The position numbers were made by a program, and so were the translations under genes. Shown here in pieces: positions 9,003 through 20,256 of a DNA stretch of 47,443 bases. Below the pieces are notes generated by a model. The model made no database searches, had not been told where the DNA came from, and saw nothing but the letters and a program-made list of their open reading frames with translations. The DNA is from a bacterium (lineage in GTDB: Bacteria; Hydrothermota; Tepidihabitantia; Tepidihabitantales; Tepidihabitantaceae), in assembly GCA_046485285.1 (NCBI GenBank), contig JAWOHE010000084.1, positions 1 through 47,443 on the forward strand, in the 5' to 3' direction. Positions within the stretch are counted from its first letter, which is position 1; every line of letters starts with the position of its first letter.

Positions 9003-11818
9003 GGTTGCGGGCGCTGGTCGTGGCGGCGTTCCTTCTGCTGGCGTTCGCCGGGCCGGCGGCCGCCCAGTTCGGCTGGTTCGGCAAGAATAAGACCCAGACC
9101 CGGGACTACCGCTTCCAGTCCTACGAGACCGAGCACTTCCGCATCCTCTTCTACCCGGGCGGCGAGGTGCTGGCCGAGTTCGCCGGGCGGTCGGCCGAAG
9201 AGTATTACGCCCGGCTCGCGGGCGACCTCGGTTTCGAGCTCGACTTCAAGGTCCCACTGATAGTCTACCTGTCACCGGGGCAGTTCAGCGAGACGAACGT
9301 GATCCTCGACGTCATCGAGGAGGGCGTCGGCGGGTTCTCGGAGCTGTTCAAGAACCGCATCGTGATGCCGTTCACCGGCTCCTACGCCGACTTCCATCAC
9401 ATCATCGGCCACGAGCTGGCGCACATCTTCCAGTTCGCGCTCTTCTACCGGTCGAGGGTGGCGAGCCTGCTCGGGGCGGTTGACGAGTTCCAGATACCGC
9501 TCTGGGTACTCGAGGGCCACGCCGAGTACACGTCCGGCTGGGTCAACGTCCGCTCCGAGGTATTCATGCGCGACCTGGTCCTCAACAACCGGCTCGTGCC
9601 GCTCCACCAGCTCCATGACGGCTACGGCTACCTCGTCTACCGCGAGGGCGAGGCCTTCTACCACTACGTCGAGCAGAAGTACGGCCGGCGCAAGGTCTAC
9701 GAGTTCCTCCACACGCTCAAGAACCGCCGCAACCTCGAGGCGACTTTCCGGCGCGTGTTCGGCGTGTCGGTCGAGCGGTTCAGCGAGGACTGGGAGAAGT
9801 GGCTCAGGGTGCGGTACTGGCCGGAGGTGACCTGGCTCGAACGTTTCGACACGCTCGCCCGACGGCTGACCGACCACCGGCGCGACGGCTCGGTCTACAA
9901 CACCGCGCCCGCGCTTTCGCCCGGCGGGACGCGGATCGCGTTCATCTCCGACCGCAGCGAGTACGCGGACCTGTACGTGATGTCGGCGCTCGACGGGCGC
10001 GTTCTCAAGCGGCTGGTCCGCGGCGAGCGTTCGGGCGGCTTCGAGGCGATGCACCTGCTCCGACCCGGCGTCGCCTGGTCGCCGGACGAACGGATGCTCG
10101 CGCTCGTCACCACCTCGGCCGGCCGAGACAACATCAGCCTGATCGACTACGCGACCGGCCGCGTGCGGCGCCGGCTCGCGCTCGGGCTGGATGCGGTGAG
10201 CGGACCGGCCTTCGCCCCGGACGGCCGGAACCTGGTCTTTGCCGGGGTCAAGAACGGCTTCTGCGACATCTACACGGTCAGCGCCGCCGGCGGCGAGCCG
10301 GTGCGACTGACCTTCGACGGCTACGAAGACCGGGACCCGGCGTTCTCGCCGGGCGGCGACTCGATCGTCTTCGTGTCCGACCGGCCGGACCCGGGCGGCG
10401 AGTGGGCGCCGGGCGGTTATGCGCTCTGGCTGAGGGATGGGGCCGGCCGGCTCACCCGGCTGACCGGGCGCGGCCCGCAGATGGGCGGCCCGGTGTTCGC
10501 GGCTGACGGCCGCCGCATCCTCTACACCGCCAGCGACTCGGCGGCCAACATCTACGTCTACTCGCTCGACGAAAGACGCAACGTCGGCCGAACTCGCTTC
10601 GCGGGCGAGGCCTCGCACGTCTCGCTGTCGCAAGACGACCGCAGGCTGGTGTTCGCCTACTTCGAGCACGTCGGCTGGGACGTCGCCATCATCCACGACC
10701 CGCTCGATCGAATCCCACCCGATACCGGCGGGTTTGCCATCGCGGCAGATACCGGCCGGTTCCGGCACGATGGGCTCGACTTCGGCCGGGTCAGGCCGGT
10801 CGGATTCAGCGTGTCGCCCGACTATGCGGTCGGGGCGGCGACCTGGTCCACTGCCGGCGGGGCGGCAGGGATTGTCAGCATCTCGCTCAGCGACATGCTC
10901 GGCAACCACCGCTTCGCGATCTATGCCGACATCTACGGCGACATTCTTAACTCGGACCTTACCCTCCAGTACTGGCTCCTGCCTTACCGGGTCGACTGGG
11001 GGTTCACGCTCTTCCAGTTCCGGGACATGCCGATCTTCATCCCGGACTCGCTCGCCGTGCTCAGGATGAACCGCGGCGGACAGGCGCTGGCGGCGTATCC
11101 CTTTGACAAGTTCAGCCGCGTCGAGCTCGGGCTCACCGGCTATGCCAGCGACGTCGCCTACATCAACTGGTATCCGGCGCTCCGGGGCTGGTACACCGAC
11201 ACCTCCCGATGGGAGCGCGTCTTCTATGCCAGCCCGGCGTATGTCTTCGACAACACCTACTGGACCTGGCAGGGGCCGGCACGCGGCAGCCGGTTCCGGC
11301 TCGGTGCCGACCTTGCCTTCCTTTCCAGCCGCGAGTTCTACACCCTCTACGCGGACCTGAGGAACTACCAGCGCGTGGCGCGCCGGGCGGTATTTGCCAC
11401 GCGCCTGCTCGGCGTCGGCGGGATGGGGCCGGATGCCGACCACTACTACCTGGGCGGCCAGCATGTCCGCGGCTACCGCTACTGGGAATTCGCCGACCGG
11501 GCCGGGCGGGTGCTGACGCTGGCCGGCGTCGAGCTCCGGGCGCCCTTCATCGATCGACTCAGCATCGCCGCGCCCCTGCCGCTTGAGCTCGGCGGCATCC
11601 GTGGGGTTGCGTTCCTAGACGCCGGCTGGGTGCCGGGAGACACGTTCCGGTTCTGGAACTCGGCGCAGGGGCGGCTCGAAGATATCAAGCTCGGCGCGGG
11701 CGCCGGCATCAGGATTCAGATATCGTACTTCTACCTCAAGTTCGACTGGGGCTACCCGCTTTCGGCTACCGACGACCGGGGCTGGAAGTTCTACTTCGGT
11801 CTGGGCACAGAGTACTAG
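8999..11818 (+). CDS. Omp85/BamA-TamA family outer-membrane protein with N-terminal HExxH peptidase-like and PD40/TolB-like propeller domains
   Basis: Signal peptide, HELAH, repeated PAFSPxG motifs, VRGY loop motif, C-terminal beta-signal FYFGLGTEY. Confidence 0.8.
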   Translation: MRLRALVVAAFLLLAFAGPAAAQFGWFGKNKTQTRDYRFQSYETEHFRILFYPGGEVLAEFAGRSAEEYYARLAGDLGFELDFKVPLIVYLSPGQFSETNVILDVIEEGVGGFSELFKNRIVMPFTGSYADFHHIIGHELAHIFQFALFYRSRVASLLGAVDEFQIPLWVLEGHAEYTSGWVNVRSEVFMRDLVLNNRLVPLHQLHDGYGYLVYREGEAFYHYVEQKYGRRKVYEFLHTLKNRRNLEATFRRVFGVSVERFSEDWEKWLRVRYWPEVTWLERFDTLARRLTDHRRDGSVYNTAPALSPGGTRIAFISDRSEYADLYVMSALDGRVLKRLVRGERSGGFEAMHLLRPGVAWSPDERMLALVTTSAGRDNISLIDYATGRVRRRLALGLDAVSGPAFAPDGRNLVFAGVKNGFCDIYTVSAAGGEPVRLTFDGYEDRDPAFSPGGDSIVFVSDRPDPGGEWAPGGYALWLRDGAGRLTRLTGRGPQMGGPVFAADGRRILYTASDSAANIYVYSLDERRNVGRTRFAGEASHVSLSQDDRRLVFAYFEHVGWDVAIIHDPLDRIPPDTGGFAIAADTGRFRHDGLDFGRVRPVGFSVSPDYAVGAATWSTAGGAAGIVSISLSDMLGNHRFAIYADIYGDILNSDLTLQYWLLPYRVDWGFTLFQFRDMPIFIPDSLAVLRMNRGGQALAAYPFDKFSRVELGLTGYASDVAYINWYPALRGWYTDTSRWERVFYASPAYVFDNTYWTWQGPARGSRFRLGADLAFLSSREFYTLYADLRNYQRVARRAVFATRLLGVGGMGPDADHYYLGGQHVRGYRYWEFADRAGRVLTLAGVELRAPFIDRLSIAAPLPLELGGIRGVAFLDAGWVPGDTFRFWNSAQGRLEDIKLGAGAGIRIQISYFYLKFDWGYPLSATDDRGWKFYFGLGTEY

Positions 11819-11820
11819 GA

Positions 11821-11961
11821 TTGAACCACCAAGGCACCAAGGCGAACGGGACTTCTGGGTCCGGACTCTGGAAGGAGACGGTCAACTCGATAGCCGATGA
11901 CCACCTTGGTCCCTCGATTCCCGTCCAGTCTGTCCTTGTCTTCTTCGTGTCTCTGTGTTTG
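11821..11961. repeat. Miniature inverted-repeat element overlapping the 5' end of the lipoprotein ORF
   Basis: AACCACCAAGGCACCAAG left arm and CTTCTTCGTGTCTCTGTGTTT right arm, same family as 7006-7108. Confidence 0.6.
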
Positions 11962-13194
11962 TTCCTTTCGGCCGGCTGTCGGCAGGCGGTCGACGTCGGG
12001 CCGCCGGTCGAGCCGGAGACGGCGCCGGCCGAGATCGGGTCCAGGCTTCGCCGCCTGGCCGGCTTCGCCTTCCGGCTGGAGTACCATACTGACCGCCCCT
12101 TCGAGCTCGGCGCCTCGTTCTCCGGCGTGCGCGATTCGAGCGACCGCGAACGCTGGGAAGGCGTTTGGTGGCGCGGCGGAGAGCGGCGCAGCTACCACGT
12201 GTTCGGTGATGGCTCGGTGCAGTACGAACGCGCCGGGTCGGCCTGGAGCCGCGTTCCGCGCGGGAACGAGTCGAGGTTCTTCGATCACCTCGAGTCCGTG
12301 CTGAGGGCGGCAGGGTTGACCGGCGACGGCCGGCGCCCGGCACTCGAATTCGCCGGCGAAGCGGGCGGTGTCTACCGGTACGAGTTTGAACCGAGGATGC
12401 CGTTGCTGGACCCGACCGGCCAGAAGCGGATGCGAGGTGAGCTCGAGCTGGACCGGCGGACCGGCCTGCTCCGGCGGGTGATTTGCCGCGAGGTCGACGG
12501 CCCGGCGCGCTGGGAACTTGGTCTGTCGCGCTTCAACCGCGTCGGCCCGGTCGTCGTGCCCTTCGTGCCGGCGATGGAACTGGTCCTTGCGCCCGAAGGA
12601 CCGGGCGGGCGCGCAGGGCTCGACTTGGCTGTCCGCGTGGCCGCTGACCGGCTCAGGGCCGCCGAGCTGCGGCACCGCTTCCTTCGGAGGTGGGGGCAGC
12701 TGCTACTCCAGCTCGAGCGGGACGTGCCGGCGGGCGTGCTCGGACTGCTGCTCGGACCGGCAGATGTCGGGCTGTGGGCGGGTGACTACGCGGTGCCGGG
12801 CGAAACGCTCGGCGGCCCGGGCCACCGGGAAGCCGCGCCTTCGGCGCGGAGCGTCGGGGTCCAGGTCGGCGGTGACGCGGCACGACTGGTCGTGCTGACT
12901 GCGCGGCTCGGCGGCAACGGCGACTTCGAGGTCGGGACCGGGCTCGAGTTCACCCAGCAGCCGACGCTCATCTTCGACACGCGAGACTCCGATGGTTCTC
13001 CGGCTCTTCCCGACAGCGGTCTCGTCGTGCTCGTGCTCGATGGTCGCCCGGTCGATGCCGCGCCCGCCCGCTCAGGCAGGGTCGAGTTCATTGACGTCGG
13101 GGGGCGCGAACTCGTGTCCGCCCTCGCCGTGGCAGCGACCCTGCCACCGACCGCCGGGCTGCGTATCTTACGGTCCCGACCGCTCGCGCCTTGA
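11821..13194 (+). CDS. Hypothetical lipoprotein
   Basis: Long ORF between co-oriented genes; hydrophobic stretch ending LSAGC (Cys53); start uncertain. Confidence 0.65.
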   Translation: MNHQGTKANGTSGSGLWKETVNSIADDHLGPSIPVQSVLVFFVSLCLFLSAGCRQAVDVGPPVEPETAPAEIGSRLRRLAGFAFRLEYHTDRPFELGASFSGVRDSSDRERWEGVWWRGGERRSYHVFGDGSVQYERAGSAWSRVPRGNESRFFDHLESVLRAAGLTGDGRRPALEFAGEAGGVYRYEFEPRMPLLDPTGQKRMRGELELDRRTGLLRRVICREVDGPARWELGLSRFNRVGPVVVPFVPAMELVLAPEGPGGRAGLDLAVRVAADRLRAAELRHRFLRRWGQLLLQLERDVPAGVLGLLLGPADVGLWAGDYAVPGETLGGPGHREAAPSARSVGVQVGGDAARLVVLTARLGGNGDFEVGTGLEFTQQPTLIFDTRDSDGSPALPDSGLVVLVLDGRPVDAAPARSGRVEFIDVGGRELVSALAVAATLPPTAGLRILRSRPLAP

Positions 13195-13224
13195 CCCTGC
13201 TGGATGCGGTCCTAGACTGAAGCG

Positions 13225-16200
13225 ATGATCTGGGTGCGCGAGGCTGTCAGCTGGCTGTGCCTTTTGCTGGGCATTGTCAATGCCGCCAGCGGCAGCGTTC
13301 CGGGCGCGGCTGCGAATCTCGAGCTGCTGCACAGTGACGCGACCGGGCTGACGCTGCGGTGGACGATCGGTGTTCCCGAGCTTCGTGGTGACGGCATGGG
13401 CCGGGCACTCGTCGATCTGCCCGGCGCCGACCACCTGGCGCAGCCGGGCGAGTATCTCCTGCCGACACGGACGGTCCGCGTCGGCCTGCCGCAGGCAGGA
13501 GGGTTTCGGACCGGTCTCAGGCCGGGGCCGGTACGCCGCTACGATTGCGCGGAGCCTGCAGTTGCGGTGGCGGTGTCGAGCGCGGACCTCCCGGATTCCC
13601 AGCCCGCGGCAGGAGGTTCGGAGCCCGAGATCCTGAGTGTCGGTCCGGTCGAGGAACTCCGCGGCATCCGCTTCGTGGAACTGACACTGCGGCCATGTCG
13701 TTATGACCGCGATGCGCGCCAGCTCGCGGTACGCGAGTGGCTTGAGGTGAATGTCGAGTTCGAGTCGCGCCCGGTCGAGATCGCATCGCCTGACCCGATG
13801 GACGGGCTAGTGAGCTCGATGCTTCTCAATGGCGAGACGGCGGTTAGCTGGAAGCCGGCCGGGGTTGACCGGGATTGGAGCTTCTTCGATCGCTCGGCCA
13901 ACTGGCTCAAGCTCTCGGTCAGCGAGACCGGGATCCACGCCGTGACCGGCCGGGAACTGGCCGAGGCCGGCGTCGCAATTGACGGAGTTGACCCGCGGAC
14001 GCTGGCGATGTATACGCTCGGCGAGTACGCTGTCAACGGACCATACCCGGATACGCTCGTGCCGGTTGCCATCCACGTCGAGCGCGAACAGGACGGCAGG
14101 CTTCGGGCGGAAGACAGGGTAGTGTTCTTCGCGCGGGCGGCCGACCACTGGGTCAACCACTGCTCGACCTGGATCGCCAACCCCTACACCGGGCGCACCG
14201 TTTACTGGCTGACCTGGGGACTTGAGCCCGGCCGGCGGATGTCGGTGGGCCTCGGGCCGGACACCAGCGGGTCGCCGGTAGTGTCGGCCGGGCGGTGGCG
14301 GGAGCACCAGGAGGAGAACCAGGATTGCCCGGCGCGTTCCGGCCTGCTCTGGATCTGGCGGACGATGCTCAAGGACTCCCACCTGCCCGGCGTCAGCCTG
14401 GACATCGCGCTCACGCCTGCCACGCCGGTCCGGCTCCTGAGTCTTGCCGGGCGCCTGTTCGCGACCTCCGACGCCAACGCCCTCTCACTGTCAGTGAACG
14501 GCACGCTGCTGGATACCCTCAACTTCAGCTCGGCGCCCGCCAGCCAGCCTTACCTCTTCAGCATCGAGGCCGCGGTTCCGCTGATGTCCCGGGCGAACTC
14601 CCTGCGGCTCGAGCTCACCGGCGAGGGCGCGCGCCGGGTCATGCTCGACTGGCTGGAGTTCGATTACCTGCGGCTGTTGTCGCTCGCGGACGGGCAGTGC
14701 CGGTTCCTGCAGGATGACACCGGCTCGTTCCGGTTTCGGGTGCGGGATGCCGTCGGCCCGGTCGTCGCGCTCGATGTCACCGACCCGATGCGGCCGATGA
14801 TGGCTGACGGGATCGACAGCGCGGGTGGTTCGGCGACCTTTGCCCGGCGGGTCGGGCGGCCGTCGGAGTTCTGCGTCAGCGACGCGCGCCACCTGCTCAA
14901 GCCCGATGCCGTCGAGTTCCGCCGGCCGGGTCGGTTGCGGTCCACGTTACGGACGGCTGATTACTGGGTGGTCGCACCGCCTGAATACCTGCCCGCGGCA
15001 CGGCGGCTCGCACGCTACCGGGCCGGTAACATCGCCTGGCTGGACCGCGCCCGCGCGGAGGCCGTGGCGCTGGATGACGTCTATGACGATTACAGCTACG
15101 GGATGGAAGAGCCGGGAGCGATCAAGCGCTTCTTCGCCGACAAGCGGCCGGTCTACGGCGTGCTTGCCGGCGACGCGACCTACGACTACCGCGACAACCT
15201 CAGGCTGAGGACCGCTCCGACCGTGCCCGCCCACGAGGTTGGCCACAGTCTTGATCCCTCCGGAATCACCAGCCGGGAGGCCTACGCTCTTGACGCCTGG
15301 TACGCCGATTTCGAGGGGGAGGGCGGGAGTCCAGACATGATCCTCGGGAGGGTCACCTGCCGCAGTGGGTCGGAGCTCGCCGCATTCGTGGACAAGGTGA
15401 TTGCCTATGAGTCCGGGCCGCCGGGACTGTGGAGCCGGCGGATGCTGCTTCTTGCCGACGACGAGTGGAGCGGGGATCCGAGCCGACCGGACCCGATCGG
15501 GTTCCGGCACATCGAGCAGTGTGAGGCGGCCGCGGCGGCGGCAGGGATCCAGCTCGACCCGTCAAAGGTCTACCTGACCGAGCACTCCTTCGCGGGTGTC
15601 AAGAACAAGCCCGGAGCGCGGGCGGAACTGATGCGGGAACTTCAGGCGGGCTCGCTGGTATTCTTCTTCTTCGGGCATGGCGATGCATTCGACCTGTGCC
15701 ACGAGAGCGTGTTGAACATCAGCCAGATTGCCGACGTGGATTGCGGAATCCGCTCGCCGTTCTGCTATTTCGGCAGCTGCAGTGTCGGGCGGTTCGAAGA
15801 CACGAAGACCGAGTGCATCGCCGAGGAGTTGGTCCGGAAGCCGGAGGGCGGGGCGATTGCGGCGGTCGGCGCAACCAAGGCAACGACCTCAGGGACCAAC
15901 TCGGTGTTCGCCCGGAACCTGCAGGTGCCACTGCTGAGCCACCCGGATTCGACCGTCGGCGCGGCCTTCTTCAAGGCCTGGCCAACCGACCGGCTGTACC
16001 ACCTGTTCGGCGACCCGGCGACGCGACTGCGCCTGGCCGCGGACTGGCCGGAGCCACCCGCGGTCCGGCCGGATTCGCTCCGGCCCGGGGCTGGCTTCCG
16101 GGCCCGGGCGCTCGTCGGCTGGAACGAAGGGCCGGGCGAGTGGCGATTGTCCGGACCGGCCCGGACCCGAACCTACACTTCGGCCCGGGGCACCTGGCTC

Positions 16201-17088
16201 TACGTGATGCCCGGGGTCACGCTCGGCCGCGGCAATATCGATGTTCTTTCCGGCCGGCTCGAGCTGGACGGCCGGTTCCCGCTCGGGGTGGCGCTGGATA
16301 CGGTGCGGGTCGAGAACGGGTCCTATGCGCCGGTGCCGAATTCGTGCCGGCTGGCCGCGGTCATCGCTGATTCCGCGGTCGGACTGAGCCTTGTAACGGA
16401 CCGGCTGGCGTGGGACCCGGTTCCGGTGCCGTCCGACGACAGTTGCGGGCCGGTCGTGCGGCTGTTCCTCGAGGGCGTCGAGATACTGGACGGAGCGGTC
16501 CTGCCGGCGGACTTCGAGGTCGAGGGCGTCGTCGAGGACCCGGCCGGGGTTCTCGTCGCCCCGGTGCCGGGTTGGACGCCTTCATTCCAGCCCGGGCGCG
16601 CCGCGCCGCGGGCCGAGCTTGCCGACCGGCTGATCTTTGACGGTAACTCGAACTCGACCGCACGGTTCCGCCTCCCGGTGCGTCTAACACCGGGTGAGGA
16701 TACGCTCCAGGTCGTCGCCAGCGATAACCTGCTCAACCGGACGCACAGGCGCGTGGCGGTGCTCGTCCTGCCCGGCTCCGAGCCCCTGCGCATCGACTCG
16801 GTACGGGTGTTCCCGAACCCGGTCGCCGGGCGGGCCTGGTTCACCTTCGAGGTCAACCGCGCGGCGACGGTGTCGGTCCGGGTGTTCACGCTGGCGGGCC
16901 GGCTTGCCCGCGACCTCGGGGAGGCGCCAGCGGCGTTCGGGTACAACCAGTTCGAGTGGGATGGCCGCGACGGGCAGGGCAACCCGCTCGCCAACGGGGT
17001 GTATCTCTTCACGGTCACGGCCCGCGCCTTTGGCGCGGCCGGGCCGGAGACCGTGCGGGTCCGCGACCGACTGCTCGTCCTGCACTGA
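13225..17088 (+). CDS. C25 family cysteine peptidase (gingipain/PorU-like) with C-terminal FlgD-Ig/CTD-like domain
   Basis: GDATYDYR, ILGR, ADDE, catalytic FGHG and SCSVGRFE motifs, YHLFGDP; C-terminal FPNP...WDGRD...ANGVY. Confidence 0.88.
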   Translation: MIWVREAVSWLCLLLGIVNAASGSVPGAAANLELLHSDATGLTLRWTIGVPELRGDGMGRALVDLPGADHLAQPGEYLLPTRTVRVGLPQAGGFRTGLRPGPVRRYDCAEPAVAVAVSSADLPDSQPAAGGSEPEILSVGPVEELRGIRFVELTLRPCRYDRDARQLAVREWLEVNVEFESRPVEIASPDPMDGLVSSMLLNGETAVSWKPAGVDRDWSFFDRSANWLKLSVSETGIHAVTGRELAEAGVAIDGVDPRTLAMYTLGEYAVNGPYPDTLVPVAIHVEREQDGRLRAEDRVVFFARAADHWVNHCSTWIANPYTGRTVYWLTWGLEPGRRMSVGLGPDTSGSPVVSAGRWREHQEENQDCPARSGLLWIWRTMLKDSHLPGVSLDIALTPATPVRLLSLAGRLFATSDANALSLSVNGTLLDTLNFSSAPASQPYLFSIEAAVPLMSRANSLRLELTGEGARRVMLDWLEFDYLRLLSLADGQCRFLQDDTGSFRFRVRDAVGPVVALDVTDPMRPMMADGIDSAGGSATFARRVGRPSEFCVSDARHLLKPDAVEFRRPGRLRSTLRTADYWVVAPPEYLPAARRLARYRAGNIAWLDRARAEAVALDDVYDDYSYGMEEPGAIKRFFADKRPVYGVLAGDATYDYRDNLRLRTAPTVPAHEVGHSLDPSGITSREAYALDAWYADFEGEGGSPDMILGRVTCRSGSELAAFVDKVIAYESGPPGLWSRRMLLLADDEWSGDPSRPDPIGFRHIEQCEAAAAAAGIQLDPSKVYLTEHSFAGVKNKPGARAELMRELQAGSLVFFFFGHGDAFDLCHESVLNISQIADVDCGIRSPFCYFGSCSVGRFEDTKTECIAEELVRKPEGGAIAAVGATKATTSGTNSVFARNLQVPLLSHPDSTVGAAFFKAWPTDRLYHLFGDPATRLRLAADWPEPPAVRPDSLRPGAGFRARALVGWNEGPGEWRLSGPARTRTYTSARGTWLYVMPGVTLGRGNIDVLSGRLELDGRFPLGVALDTVRVENGSYAPVPNSCRLAAVIADSAVGLSLVTDRLAWDPVPVPSDDSCGPVVRLFLEGVEILDGAVLPADFEVEGVVEDPAGVLVAPVPGWTPSFQPGRAAPRAELADRLIFDGNSNSTARFRLPVRLTPGEDTLQVVASDNLLNRTHRRVAVLVLPGSEPLRIDSVRVFPNPVAGRAWFTFEVNRAATVSVRVFTLAGRLARDLGEAPAAFGYNQFEWDGRDGQGNPLANGVYLFTVTARAFGAAGPETVRVRDRLLVLH

Positions 17089-17160
17089 GTGGCTTGACCC
17101 GGTCCGGGGCCGGTCTATACTTTCCAGTTGCATGCTTGACAAACCGGAGGCCGAACTCCA

Positions 17161-18291
17161 ATGAGTAATCGACTACTGCGGCTACTGCCGATTCTCCTGC
17201 TCGCGGGCGGCTTCGCCGGCGCGAGCCAGAACCCGGGCGCGGTCTTCCTGATGATCTGGCCCTCGGCGCGGCCGACCGCGCTGGGCGGCGCGTTCGCCTC
17301 GATCGCGGACGACGCGAGCGCGGTGTACTACAACCAGGGCGGGCTCGCGTTCCTCGAAGGCACTCACGCGACGCTGATGCACGCGAACTGGCTGCCCGGG
17401 CTATACCCCGGGATGTACTACGAGTACGCCGGCGTGACCCGCCAGTTCCAGGAGAAGGGAATAGCGGGGATGAACGTCATCTACCTGACGACCGGCGAAA
17501 CCGACGTCATCAACGAGGTCGGCCAGTTCCTCGGCCGGTACACCACCTTCGACGTCGCGGTCGCGGCCGGCTACGGCTACCCGGTCCTGCGCAACCTCGG
17601 GGTCGGATTCTCGGCGAAGTTCATCTACTCTTTTCTGGTCCCGGAGTGGGTCTGGGAGGTGATGCCGGAGCTCGGCATCGAGCGCGGCGGCACCGGCGTC
17701 AGCTGGGCGATGGACGCGGGCGTCCTGTACAAGCCGTGGGACTTCCTCAACGTCGGCCTTTCGCTTGCCAACCTCGGCCCGAACATCGCCTACACCTCAT
17801 CGGGCGAGTCCGACCCCCTGCCGAGGATGCTCCGGGCCGGCTTCACCGCCTACCCGGTCCGGACCGAGCACTTCCGGCTCGGCGTCACGCCCGAGCTGAC
17901 CAAGATCCTCGTCGGGATGTTCTACGACGAGACCGGCCAGAAGTCGTCCGGCCAGTTGCTCCAGGCCGAGCTCCGCGACGCCTGGAAGACGCTGGCACTC
18001 GAGGGCCATTTTCGGTCCGGCCCGCTCGGCGCGTCGGCCCGGGTCGGTTACTTCGAGGACCTGACGGGCGCGCGGGGCGGCATCGTCCTCGAGCGCGAGG
18101 GCGCGGGCACCGAGCACTACGGGATCTGGGACGTCCTGACCCGGAAGAACCTGGGCAAGTTCCAGTCGCTCGGGCTCTGCTTCGGCGGCGGCATCGAGTA
18201 CGCCCGGTTCAAGTTCGACCTGAGCGTCGACCAGCTCATTTACGACTTCAAGACCAACAACTACAAGTTCTCGTTCTCGTACCAGTTCTAG
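17161..18291 (+). CDS. PorV/PorQ family outer-membrane beta-barrel
   Basis: FLMIWPSARPTALG, DDASAVYYN, NLGP, DPLP motifs; C-terminal Phe; directly follows the PorU-like gene. Confidence 0.8.
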   Translation: MSNRLLRLLPILLLAGGFAGASQNPGAVFLMIWPSARPTALGGAFASIADDASAVYYNQGGLAFLEGTHATLMHANWLPGLYPGMYYEYAGVTRQFQEKGIAGMNVIYLTTGETDVINEVGQFLGRYTTFDVAVAAGYGYPVLRNLGVGFSAKFIYSFLVPEWVWEVMPELGIERGGTGVSWAMDAGVLYKPWDFLNVGLSLANLGPNIAYTSSGESDPLPRMLRAGFTAYPVRTEHFRLGVTPELTKILVGMFYDETGQKSSGQLLQAELRDAWKTLALEGHFRSGPLGASARVGYFEDLTGARGGIVLEREGAGTEHYGIWDVLTRKNLGKFQSLGLCFGGGIEYARFKFDLSVDQLIYDFKTNNYKFSFSYQF

Positions 18292-18298
18292 GCGGATC

Positions 18299-19581
<1,283 letters not shown>

Positions 19582-19600
<19 letters not shown>

Positions 19601-20256
19601 TGAAGCGGGTGCTGGCGAACAACGACGCGCTGGCGGCGGACCAGCTTGCCGGCATCGACCGTCAAGGGGTGCTGTCGCTGAACCTGATGTCCGGGCCCGG
19701 GGCGGGCAAGACCAGCCTGATCGAGCGGACGATCGAGTGCCTGCGCGACCGGGTCCGCATCTACGTCATCGAGGGCGACATCCAGGGCAGCCTTGACGCC
19801 GAGCGCGTCGCGGCGGCCGGGGCCGGGGTGACGCAGGTCAACACCCAGGGCGCCTGCCACCTCGACGCGATGATGCTCCAGTCGGTACTGCCCGGGATCG
19901 ATCTCGCCGCAACCGACCTGCTCATCATCGAGAACGTCGGCAACCTGGTCTGCCCGGCGGAGTTCAGGCTACCGGCGCACTTCAACGTGACGCTGGTCTC
20001 CACGCCCGAGGGGTCGGACAAGCCGGCCAAGTACCCGCTGATGTTCGAGCGTTCGGACCTCGTCCTCATCACCAAGACCGACCTCCTGCCCTACGTCGAT
20101 TTCGACCCGGCGGAGATCGACCGGGCGGTCGCCCGGCTCCGGGTCGAGACGCCGGTGCTCAGGCTGTCGTGCCGGACCGGCGTCGGGCTTGACGGCTGGC
20201 TTGACTGGCTCGAGCAGAAGCTCGCCGCGCGCGGCCGGGTGGGGACGGGCAAGTGA
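19582..20256 (+). CDS. hypB: Hydrogenase nickel incorporation GTPase
   Basis: GAGKTSL, EGD, CHLDA, ENVGNLVCPAEF, DKPAKYP, TKTDL. Confidence 0.93.
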
